Source of the DNA: Thermodesulfobacteriota bacterium
GTDB taxonomy: Bacteria; Desulfobacterota; Binatia; DP-6
Length of the DNA stretch: 37,270 bases
NCBI GenBank assembly: GCA_046727715.1
Contig: JBKPDC010000266.1
Span: forward strand, 1-37,270
Direction: 5' to 3'
The notes beneath the pieces were generated by a model that was given only the letters and a program-made list of their open reading frames with translations, did not search any database and was not told the origin of the DNA. Each line of letters opens with the position of its first letter. Within the stretch, counting starts at the first letter, position 1. Both the position numbers and the translations under genes were made by a program. Of this stretch, positions 1-7,970 are shown piece by piece.

Positions 1-365
1 GCCGCCTGCGCGCGCTGGCGGAGAGCAGCAGCGGACCCGACTTCGCGCAGGTGCCACCGCGCTTCCTCGAGCGCACGCCCACCCCCGGCATCCTCGCCCG
101 CATGCTGCGCAACCTCCTGCGTATCTATCTCGAGAAGCGCGCGCATGCGCAGGCGCTCGCCGCGGTCGATCTGCTGCTCGTCCTCACGCCGCGGTCAGCC
201 GAGGACCTGCGCACGCGCGCGCGGCTCTACGAGGCGCTCGAGTGCTTCGCGTCGGCGGCTGACGACCTGCGCCGCTACCTCGCCCTGATGCCCCAGGCCG
301 ACGACGCCCCCGAGGTGCGGCAGACACTCGACCGGCTCGCGGCCGACGCGCCGACCCTGCACTGA
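1..365 (+). CDS. SirB1/YchA-like (UPF0162) TPR-type protein, C-terminal fragment; 5' end lies outside the window and the frame begins at nt 3
   Basis: ORF 51..365 stays open back to nt 3. The tail ILARMLRNLLRIYLEKRAHAQALAAVDLLLVLTP...DLRRYLALMP resembles the C-terminal helical/TPR part of SirB1-family proteins. Confidence 0.55.
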   Translation, partial: RLRALAESSSGPDFAQVPPRFLERTPTPGILARMLRNLLRIYLEKRAHAQALAAVDLLLVLTPRSAEDLRTRARLYEALECFASAADDLRRYLALMPQADDAPEVRQTLDRLAADAPTLH

Positions 366-375
366 GCGACGGCGC

Positions 376-900
376 TCAGGGTTCGATCGCGAGCTGGCGG
401 TGCCCCCGCCAGAGCATCCAGGCCATCCCGGCCGCCGCCAGCAGGTTGCCGACCACGACCGCCGGCCAGGCGAGCCGCTGCAGCACGCCCTCGGCGAACA
501 CCATGCTCGCCAGCAGGAAACCGAACTCGAACACGGCGAAGAAGAGGACGATGCCGAAGCCGAGATTGGGATTGCGCTCGACGAGCGCCATCAGGCGCGC
601 CGCGCCGACGCCGATCAGCATGAAGACCAGGTAGTGCACCCAGGTGAACCCCGCCACGAGCTCGAGCGAGGGCGCCACGGTGCCGCCCCCCTCGAGCCCC
701 GCGCCGCCGCGGAAGAGCGCCTCCCCGAGCACGGTGGGGGTGTAGAGGGGGTGTCCGGCGATGGTGTCGACGAGGAGGAACCAGAGGGCGATGATCGATG
801 CGCCGACGAGACCCGCGCGGATGCCCTCGAGGTAGACCGTCATGGGCACGGCGGTGTCCCGCTCCACTCCAGCGTGCTGCGAGACCGACTCCGCGGGCAT
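376..900 (-). CDS. integral membrane protein, about 4 TM helices, family not recognised
   Basis: Part of ORF 376..951. The ATG at 900 is preceded by AAGGAG 7 nt upstream, whereas the GTG at 951 has no SD. Hydrophobic segments include IIALWFLLV, WVHYLVFMLIGVG and IVLFFAVFEFGFLL. Confidence 0.6.
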   Translation of the reverse strand: MPAESVSQHAGVERDTAVPMTVYLEGIRAGLVGASIIALWFLLVDTIAGHPLYTPTVLGEALFRGGAGLEGGGTVAPSLELVAGFTWVHYLVFMLIGVGAARLMALVERNPNLGFGIVLFFAVFEFGFLLASMVFAEGVLQRLAWPAVVVGNLLAAAGMAWMLWRGHRQLAIEP

Positions 901-1021
901 GGGCCGACTCCTTTCCGGCGCCACGAGACGCCGCTCGACGAGCGCCGACACCCGAAGCTACGCCCGCACCGCCGCAGGCGCAAGCTTGGGCCGACCCGCG
1001 ACTCCGTTCCGGATCGGTCTC

Positions 1022-2593
1022 CTACCCGAGCGCGACGACGGGCACCGGTTCGTCGCGCCCGCGCAGGGTGACCGCCGCCTGCATCACCACCACCCGCCGC
1101 TCGCCGCCGGCGGCGGCCAGCTGGTGGGTCGTTGCGGAGACCAGCAGCTCGCGGCCATGCTGGCGGCAGAGCTGCTCCAACCGGGCGGCCACGTTCACCG
1201 TGTCGCCGATCACCGTGTACTCGTGTCGGTCCGCCGCGCCGATGGTGCCCGCGACGACGGGGCCGGTGTGCACGCCGATCTTGAGCGCCAGCGGGACGCG
1301 CGCGGCGCCCACGCGCGCCGCGTTCAGGCGCGCCAGCTCCGCCCGCATGCCGTCCGCGCACCGCAGCGCCGCCGCGGCGCCCGCGGCACGGTGCTCCGGG
1401 TCGTCCGCGTCGAACAGGCCGAAGACCGCGAGCAGTGCGTCGCCGATGAACTTGTCCACGAACCCGCCCGCGGCGCGCACGCGTTCGGTCATCGCGCCGA
1501 AGAACTCGTTCAGGGTCGCCACCACCTCGGGCGCCGGCGCCCGGGCGGCCAGGCCCGTGAAGTCACGCAGGTCCGAGAACAGCACGGTGACGGTGCGTAG
1601 CTCACCCCCCGGCCGGGCATCGTCGGCGAGCAGGCGGTCGCGGACCGCGGGATCGACGACGCGGCCGAAGGCCCGCAGGATGCGCTCGCGGTCGCGCAGC
1701 GCGCCGGCGAGCGCGTTCACCCCGTCCTCGAGCACGCCCACCTCGTCGCCGGCCGTGACCGCCACGCGTGCCGACAGGTCGCCCGCCCGGATGCGTCGCA
1801 GCGCGCCGGCCAGGGCACCGAGCGGCTCCGTGAACGTGCGTGCTAGGGCGATGGTGAGGGCGATGCCGAGGACGAGGAACACGCCGAACGACACCGCGCT
1901 GGCGTGCGCCAGCTCGGGCACGACCGTCTCGATCGGCATGCCGGCGGCGAGCCGCACGACCGCGGCGCGAACCAGGCCGAAGAGCGTGAAGAGCGGGACG
2001 AATCCGACCGCGACGAGAAACGCCACGAGCCGACCGCGCACGCTGAGCGCAAGCGCACCGGGGACGTCCGAGAGCCGACCGTCGGGAAACACCTGCGGCA
2101 CCACGCGACGCCGGAAGACGAGGTCGACCAGGAGGTAGGTGCACGTGGCCGCGAGGAAGCCGTTCACGAGCGGGGAGAGGATTTGCTGCGACATCAGATC
2201 GGGCGACCAACGTCCCGTGCGGAGCACCGTCAGCACCGGGAACACCACGATGCCGCCCATCCAGCCCGCGAACCCCAGGGTGGCGACGACCAGCGGCGCG
2301 CTCACCACGCGACGCTGCACCCAGGCGGGCACGCGCTCGGCCGTCGCTGGCTCCCAGCGGGCAATCGGCCAGAGGTACGCGACGACGAGCGGCGTGAGGA
2401 CTGCGTACGCGACGAGCCGGTACCAGGGCAGCAGCCGCAACTCGTGCCGGCGCGAGTCCTGTGCGAACTCGCTCACGCCACGCATGAGCTCGATCGTGAG
2501 GGTCGTCGTGTAGTTGGCGAGCAGGTTGGCACCGATCGCCACCAGCGCGGTCGCGACCAGCCACCCCGGAACGGGCCCGCGCCGCACCATCAT
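1022..2593 (-). CDS. membrane-bound class III adenylate/guanylate cyclase with HAMP domain
   Basis: 523-aa ORF with an N-terminal multi-TM region and a HAMP-like linker. Cyclase motifs: VLFSDLRDFT, KFIGDALLAVFG, GVHTGPVVAGTIGA..R.EYTVIGDTVNVAARLE. Confidence 0.9.
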   Translation of the reverse strand: MMVRRGPVPGWLVATALVAIGANLLANYTTTLTIELMRGVSEFAQDSRRHELRLLPWYRLVAYAVLTPLVVAYLWPIARWEPATAERVPAWVQRRVVSAPLVVATLGFAGWMGGIVVFPVLTVLRTGRWSPDLMSQQILSPLVNGFLAATCTYLLVDLVFRRRVVPQVFPDGRLSDVPGALALSVRGRLVAFLVAVGFVPLFTLFGLVRAAVVRLAAGMPIETVVPELAHASAVSFGVFLVLGIALTIALARTFTEPLGALAGALRRIRAGDLSARVAVTAGDEVGVLEDGVNALAGALRDRERILRAFGRVVDPAVRDRLLADDARPGGELRTVTVLFSDLRDFTGLAARAPAPEVVATLNEFFGAMTERVRAAGGFVDKFIGDALLAVFGLFDADDPEHRAAGAAAALRCADGMRAELARLNAARVGAARVPLALKIGVHTGPVVAGTIGAADRHEYTVIGDTVNVAARLEQLCRQHGRELLVSATTHQLAAAGGERRVVVMQAAVTLRGRDEPVPVVALG

Positions 2594-2615
2594 GTCGGAC
2601 GACCGCCCCGAGCGC

Positions 2616-3764
2616 TCAGTACCCGTCGAGCCGGGCGATGCGGTCGCGATGGAAGACGGCGTCGCCGAAGGTGACCTCGGCGGCGCGCGCGCGCTTCAAG
2701 AAGAAACCCACGTCGTGCTCGTCGGTCATCCCGATGCCGCCGTGCATCTGCACGCCCTCGTTGCCGACCAGGACGAACGCATCCGAACACCGCGCCTTGG
2801 CGGCACTCGCCAGGCGGGCGACGCGCGCCTCGTCGGCGTGATCGTCGAGCGCCCGGTGGGCGGCGAGCACGATCGAGCGCGCGAGCTCCAGCTCGACGAA
2901 CAGCCGGGCGGCACGGTGCTTGAGCGCTTGGAAGCTGCCGATCGGGACCCCGAACTGCTTGCGCGTCTTCAAGTACTCGAGCGTCATGTCGAAGCAGGCG
3001 GCCATGCTGCCGAGCATCTCGGCGCAGAGCCCGATGGTGGCGCGATCGAGCACGCGGCCGAGGACGGCCGCCCCCTTGCCTTCGCCGCCGACGACGTCAT
3101 CGGCCCCGACCGCGACGCCATCCAGATGGAGCAGCGCCGCGCCGCGACTGTCGACCCGGCGCTGGGCCTCGACGGTGAGCCCGCGCGCGTCGCGCGGCAC
3201 CAGGAACAGGGTCACGCCGGTCTCGTCGTGCGCCTCACCGGCGGTGCGCGCCGAGACCACGAACCAGTCGGCGGCGGTGCCGTCGAGCACGTGCACCTTG
3301 TGACCGTGGAGCCTGAAGCCACCGCGCGCGCGCTCCGGCCGCGTCTCGACGTGGTGGTGCGCGTAGCGGCTGCCGGGCTCCTGGTAGGCGACCGCGAGGC
3401 GCCGTTCGCCGGCGACCACCGCCGGCAGGTGCGCCTGGCGCTGCGCTTCGCTGCCGCCGAGCAGCAGCGCCGTGGTGCCGAGCAGCACCGTGCCGACGAC
3501 GGGCTCCGGGATGAGGCCGCGGCCGAGCTCCTCGAGCACGACCATCAGGTCGGTCCAGCCGAGCCCGGCGCCGCCGTACTCGTCGGGGACCACGATGCCG
3601 AGCCATCCGAGCTGCGCCATCTCCGTCCAGAGCGTGGGCGAGAAGCCGGCGCCCGCCGCGTGGTCACGCAGCGCCCGGACGCGCTTCCACGACGACTTCG
3701 CCTGCACGAACTCCCGCGCCGTGCGCTGGAGGATCTCCTGCTCCTCGGTGAGTGCGAGCGGCAT
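2616..3764 (-). CDS. acyl-CoA dehydrogenase family protein (downstream member of a tandem pair; C-terminal catalytic-base motif degenerate)
   Basis: 382-aa ORF with an ACAD-like fold (LTEEQ..., GVQMHGGIGMTDEHDVGFFLKRAR). The tail reads EVTFGDAVFHRDRIA where IYEGTSEIQ is expected. The start lies 3 nt after the upstream ACAD stop. Confidence 0.88.
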   Translation of the reverse strand: MPLALTEEQEILQRTAREFVQAKSSWKRVRALRDHAAGAGFSPTLWTEMAQLGWLGIVVPDEYGGAGLGWTDLMVVLEELGRGLIPEPVVGTVLLGTTALLLGGSEAQRQAHLPAVVAGERRLAVAYQEPGSRYAHHHVETRPERARGGFRLHGHKVHVLDGTAADWFVVSARTAGEAHDETGVTLFLVPRDARGLTVEAQRRVDSRGAALLHLDGVAVGADDVVGGEGKGAAVLGRVLDRATIGLCAEMLGSMAACFDMTLEYLKTRKQFGVPIGSFQALKHRAARLFVELELARSIVLAAHRALDDHADEARVARLASAAKARCSDAFVLVGNEGVQMHGGIGMTDEHDVGFFLKRARAAEVTFGDAVFHRDRIARLDGY

Positions 3765-3767
3765 GGC

Positions 3768-4952
3768 TCAGTCCGGCAGGCCGAGGACGTTCTTGGCGAT
3801 GATGTTGAGCTGGATCTCCGACGTCCCCCCTTCGATGGTGTTGCCGCGCGATCGCAGCCAGTCGCGTGTGAGCGTGAGCTCCTCGTCGCTGAAGCCGGGC
3901 CCCTCCCAGCCGAGGCCCTGAGGACCCGCGAGCGCCATCATCAGCTCGCGGCGGCGCTGGTTCAGCTCGGTGCCGTAGAGCTTGAAGATCGACGCCTCGG
4001 GACCCGGCGGCTGTCCCGCTTTCAAGCGATCGCGCGAGCGCGAGAGTGTCAAATCGAGGCAGAGTTGATCGAGCTCGACCTGGGTGAGTCGGTCGCGCAG
4101 CACGGGCTCGAGCAGCCGGCCATCGTCCCGCGCCGGCAGGTAGCGGCGTGCCATGCGCAGCAGCCGCGAGCGGTCGTCGCGCGCCTTGAAGGCGTCGGCG
4201 ATCATGTTGCGCTCGAAGCGCAGCAGCATCTTGGCGATGTTCCAGCCGCCGTTCTCCTGCCCGACGACGTTGCGGCGCGGCACGCGCACGTCGGTCAGGA
4301 AGGTCTCGCAGAACGGCGACGAGCCGCTGATGAGCAGGATCGGCTTCACCTGCACGCCCGGGCTCTCCATGTCCATCAGGAGGAAGGTGATCCCGCCGTG
4401 CTTCTGGGTCGTGTCGGTGCGCACCAGGATGAACATCCAATCCGACTTGTCGCCGTACGACGTCCACACCTTCTGGCCGTTCAGGATGTAGTCGTCGCCG
4501 TCACGCACCGCCCTCGTCTGGAGTCCCGCCAGGTCGGACCCCGCGCCGGGCTCGGAGTAGCCCTGGCACCAGCGGATCTCGCCGCGCACGATGCGCGGGA
4601 GGTGCTCGCGCTTCTGCTCCTCGCTGCCCACCTGCAGGAGGAGAGGCCCGATCATCTCGAGCCCGAAGCCGATGAGCGGCGGGCGGAGCTTCCGCTTCGC
4701 CATCTCCTCGGCGAGGACCTTGGCCTCCTCCTTCGTGAGGCCGCCGCCGCCGTACTCACGCGGCCATGTCGGCGCGGTGAAGCCGCGTTCCGCCATCACG
4801 GCGAGCCAGCGGCGGACCTCGTCCGGATACGTTCCCTTCTTCCCGCCCCAGCATACCTCGTCCGGCGACCTCGGCGGCGTGTGCATCGCCGGCGGCGCGT
4901 GCTGCTCGAGCCAGCGGCGGGTGTCCTCGCGAAAAGCGTCCAGATCGGGCAT
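3768..4952 (-). CDS. acyl-CoA dehydrogenase family protein (upstream member of the tandem pair)
   Basis: 394-aa ORF. Motifs: WCQGYSEPGAGSDLAGL, YILNGQKVWTS, and C-terminal TIEGGTSEIQLNIIAKNVLGLP. Confidence 0.9.
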   Translation of the reverse strand: MPDLDAFREDTRRWLEQHAPPAMHTPPRSPDEVCWGGKKGTYPDEVRRWLAVMAERGFTAPTWPREYGGGGLTKEEAKVLAEEMAKRKLRPPLIGFGLEMIGPLLLQVGSEEQKREHLPRIVRGEIRWCQGYSEPGAGSDLAGLQTRAVRDGDDYILNGQKVWTSYGDKSDWMFILVRTDTTQKHGGITFLLMDMESPGVQVKPILLISGSSPFCETFLTDVRVPRRNVVGQENGGWNIAKMLLRFERNMIADAFKARDDRSRLLRMARRYLPARDDGRLLEPVLRDRLTQVELDQLCLDLTLSRSRDRLKAGQPPGPEASIFKLYGTELNQRRRELMMALAGPQGLGWEGPGFSDEELTLTRDWLRSRGNTIEGGTSEIQLNIIAKNVLGLPD

Positions 4953-5326
4953 GCGCGGACGCTAGTCGAGCCGGTCCGTGCGTGCAACGTCGCTCTGGGA
5001 CTGTCCCGCGTGCGGGCGACCCAGAAGGGACGATCGTGCCGTCCGCCGAGCTGCCGACGCGGTGAAACCGAGCACCGACCCGCAGGTCGCCGAGTCCCTT
5101 GTCCTGGCTGGACTGGACGAATGGTCGCCTCTGCAGGCTCCGTGCGACGGGTCGATGGAGGCGTCACGGTGGCGGGCGACGATGGCCGCTGGCTCGAGCG
5201 GCCGTGTCGGTATCTGCGTCGGCCGCCCATCGCTCGGACCTCTCGACCGACGAGACCCCGCCCCACCCAAGCATCCTAGCGGGGTGCCGCGTCGGCACCG
5301 CCGACAGGGACCCCCCGAAACACCGT

Positions 5327-5366
5327 CGCGGGGGGTGAGGATCACTCCTCACCCCCGCGGCTTTTC
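5327..5366 (+). terminator. strong GC-rich hairpin followed by CTTTTC (intrinsic-terminator-like), with no obvious upstream + strand gene
   Basis: Sequence is CGCGGGGGGTGAGGA-TCAC-TCCTCACCCCCGCG, an 11-bp perfect stem plus 3 more bp across one bulged G, followed by GCTTTTCGG. Confidence 0.5.
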
Positions 5367-5397
5367 GGCGCCCAGGAGCCGGCCCGCGAGAATCTTC

Positions 5398-5425
5398 TTG
5401 ACCGAAGGAAAGCTCCTCGTATAGC
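5398..5425 (+). promoter_or_regulatory. sigma70-like promoter for the TetR gene (TTGACC-N16-TATAGC); predicts a leaderless or near-leaderless mRNA
   Basis: TTGACC at 5398-5403, 16-nt spacer, TATAGC at 5420-5425. The ATG at 5436 is only 10 nt after the -10 hexamer, and no SD is present. Confidence 0.4.
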
Positions 5426-5435
5426 CAGAATCGAC

Positions 5436-6092
5436 ATGTCGGTTCCTCCGCGTCGGACGCATCTCCCTCGCGCTGAGCGCCGAGACCAGATTCTCGACTG
5501 TGCGCTCGAGGCCTTCGCGCGGAAGGGGTACCACGAAGCGTCGATAGCCGACATCTGCGCCCGGGCGCGGATCGCGCGGGGGACGCTCTACCAGTACTTC
5601 AAGGACAAGCGAGACGTCCTTGCGGCGCTGATCGACCGCATCGTGCACCGCGTCATCGAGGCCGTGCAGCAATGGCCTTCCCTTGAGGTTCCCCCGGAGA
5701 TGCCATGGACGGAGGACGACAACATCGCGTTCGTCGAAGGGCGCTGCAACCAGATCATGGAGGTCGTGTTCGCCGATCCTGACACGGCCAGCCTGATCCT
5801 CCGCATGGCGCGCAGTACCGGCTTCGTCCGCGACGCGCTGGCCCGCATCGACGAGCACGTGGTCGGTGCCATCGAGGCCGACGTTCGCACAGGGATCGAC
5901 CGGGGCCATCTGCGCTCATCGTTCGAGCCCAACCTCGTCGCGCAGTTCATCGTCGGCGGCATCGAGAAGCTGGTCCTGACGGCTCTCGACGAGGGTCGCG
6001 GATCGGACATCGGGCGCACCACGCGGGAGATCGCCGTCCTCCTGTCTTCGGGACTCCTCGACCCCGCCCGGCCGCAGCCGACCGCGTCCTAG
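5436..6092 (+). CDS. TetR/AcrR family transcriptional regulator
   Basis: 218-aa ORF with an N-terminal TetR HTH: ILDCALEAFARKGYHEASIADICARARIARGTLYQYFKDKRDVL. It is divergent from the ACAD pair. Confidence 0.9.
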   Translation: MSVPPRRTHLPRAERRDQILDCALEAFARKGYHEASIADICARARIARGTLYQYFKDKRDVLAALIDRIVHRVIEAVQQWPSLEVPPEMPWTEDDNIAFVEGRCNQIMEVVFADPDTASLILRMARSTGFVRDALARIDEHVVGAIEADVRTGIDRGHLRSSFEPNLVAQFIVGGIEKLVLTALDEGRGSDIGRTTREIAVLLSSGLLDPARPQPTAS

Positions 6093-6206
6093 CGACGGTC
6101 GGTCGGTCCCGGGTTGGGAGACGGCGCCGGTGCCGGGCGTGAGTGGCCACAGCCGGCCCGGTCCCTGCAAGGCGCTCGGGGCGCGGCCCCGGCGCACGGC
6201 GCGTGC

Positions 6207-7748
6207 TCACCCCGTGATGCTGCAGGGCTTGCCACCGCCGTAGACCTCATAGCGCGGCGCCCGCCACAGCTCCGCCGTATCTCCAGGCCCCTTCCAGCCG
6301 AGGAACGACAGCTGCCAGCCTGCCGCGGCGAACAGGTCCGTGAACGCCATCTGGCATGGCGGGATGTCGTTCGTCAGCGTCGTGCCGGGCGTAAACATGC
6401 TCGCGCTGTACGTCTTGAGCGTGATGAACGCCATCGCAGTCTCGCCGAACAGCGACAGCTCCAGTCGGGGGAACTCGACGCCGAGCCCGAACCCGACCAC
6501 GCCCCACCCCGCGCTGCCCGTGTCGCCCGTCACGGCAGGGGTGCTCTGGTGCAGGGTCCCGAACGGCGCCTGCCCACCGTTGTCCACGCTGAAGCCCTGA
6601 TCGCTGCGATACGTGACGGTGAACTTTCCACCGCTCGAGGCTTGGTCGACGCGCAGCTCGGGCACGACTTGCAGCTCGGCTTTGACGGCGATCGTCACCG
6701 GGACCGGTCCGACCAGGAACGTGATCGGGAGCTTCACCGGAAGGGCGAACCGCGTGATCTCGGTCATGCCCTGATCGTTCGGCTTGAAGGCGTGCCACTC
6801 GAGCTCCATCTCGCCGGTGAGGCCGACGACCTTCGTGGTCATGGCCTGCGGCGTGCGGTCCTCGTAGGTGAGCAGCATCTCGTCCGTGAACCCGCTGATC
6901 CAGCCGGTGCCCGAAACGGTGACGGCCTTGGTGCCGGCGAGCGCGCGGCTCGCGACGAGCTTCATGTCCAGGCGGGCGGGACCGGGTGTCAGCTCGAACT
7001 CCACGTCCCACCCCATGATCGAGCCGGAGAACGGGATCGAGGACAGAGCCCGCGGCGTGAATGCGGGGGGAAGCTCCGCCGCGCGCGTGCGACCCACCAG
7101 CGGGACGGCATCGGTGAAGCTCGCGGCGGGCAGCCGGTCCCAGGCGATGTCGTATCGCCAACCCATGCTCCCCTGGCGGATGGCCTCGGCGAGCGTGGCG
7201 GGCTCGGTCTCGACGACGATCTCGCTGCCGGTGTCGGTGACCCGGCTCACCCGTCGCAGGGCGGTGCCGGCGAAGATGACGACCTGCCCGGGGACGAGGC
7301 TCCGCACGGCGTCCGCGGCGGCGGCGAAGCGGAAGGTCGCGCCGTCGTCGCTGCGGCCGAGCAGGTGCGCACGGACGGTGGCCTGGTCGACGACCACGGT
7401 GGCGTCGTTGTAGGTCACGTCGTAGGTCTGCTCTAGCCTCCCCGGCGCGCCGCCGGCGCAGCTCGCGCCGCCGGCCGCGCAGCACGGAAGGCATGCAGCA
7501 CGGTAGTCACGACCGCAGACGCCCCGTGCGTCGCGGAACCGACGCCTCGCCTGCGAACGGCAGTCTCGTGCGCCGGCGCCAGGGACACACGCCGTCTTGG
7601 CGTGGGCGAAGCCTGCCCGCGCAGCGTGGCCACAGGCCACGCGCGCGCGACGACAGCCCTGGCGGCAGGTTGGCGCGGCGTGCACCTCCGTCGAGAGGCC
7701 GGCCAGCGTCGCGGTGACCAGCGCGACGAGCAGAAGGCGTTGCGACAT
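6207..7748 (-). CDS. secreted orphan protein, 513 aa: signal peptide, Cys/Arg-rich N-terminal module, then a beta-rich body
   Basis: Internal ATG (residue 202 of ORF 6207..8351) opens MSQRLLLVALVTATLAGLSTEVHA|AP, a typical Sec signal. The 201 codons upstream are Arg/Gly-rich junk. The first ~75 mature residues contain 10 Cys, and there are 2 Cys near the C-terminus. Confidence 0.7.
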   Translation of the reverse strand: MSQRLLLVALVTATLAGLSTEVHAAPTCRQGCRRARVACGHAARAGFAHAKTACVPGAGARDCRSQARRRFRDARGVCGRDYRAACLPCCAAGGASCAGGAPGRLEQTYDVTYNDATVVVDQATVRAHLLGRSDDGATFRFAAAADAVRSLVPGQVVIFAGTALRRVSRVTDTGSEIVVETEPATLAEAIRQGSMGWRYDIAWDRLPAASFTDAVPLVGRTRAAELPPAFTPRALSSIPFSGSIMGWDVEFELTPGPARLDMKLVASRALAGTKAVTVSGTGWISGFTDEMLLTYEDRTPQAMTTKVVGLTGEMELEWHAFKPNDQGMTEITRFALPVKLPITFLVGPVPVTIAVKAELQVVPELRVDQASSGGKFTVTYRSDQGFSVDNGGQAPFGTLHQSTPAVTGDTGSAGWGVVGFGLGVEFPRLELSLFGETAMAFITLKTYSASMFTPGTTLTNDIPPCQMAFTDLFAAAGWQLSFLGWKGPGDTAELWRAPRYEVYGGGKPCSITG

Positions 7749-7942
7749 GGAACAGATCCTCCCGACGCCCCGCAGAGCAACGGCCGTGCCCCCGTGCCCG
7801 CGCCCCGCAGGCATGCCGATCCCCGTCGCGTGCGCGCCGGTCGTGTCACTTCCCCGTGCAAGCGGGTTTGGGGTGTAACGTCCCTGAGACCGGCGCACAC
7901 CGTCGCTCGCCATGCGAGGCCCGTGCGTGCTTGCCGCGACGT

Positions 7943-7958
7943 TGGCATGTGAGTCGCA
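7943..7958 (+). promoter_or_regulatory. possible sigma54 (-24/-12) promoter element upstream of the small secreted protein gene
   Basis: TGGCATGTGAGTCGCA versus consensus TGGCACG-N4-TTGCA. GG and GC have the correct 12-nt register, with 2 mismatches. It ends 12 nt before the ATG at 7971, which would imply a leaderless transcript. No enhancer-binding protein is present in the window. Confidence 0.25.
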
Positions 7959-7970
7959 ACAGGTCCGGCC

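Noticed and set aside
2514-5279. 921-aa + strand ORF spanning both ACAD genes and part of the spacer
   Set aside because: It is antisense to two well-supported ACAD genes. The translation is Arg/Ala/Gly/Pro-rich low-complexity sequence with no motifs. This is a typical stop-poor shadow frame in high-GC DNA.
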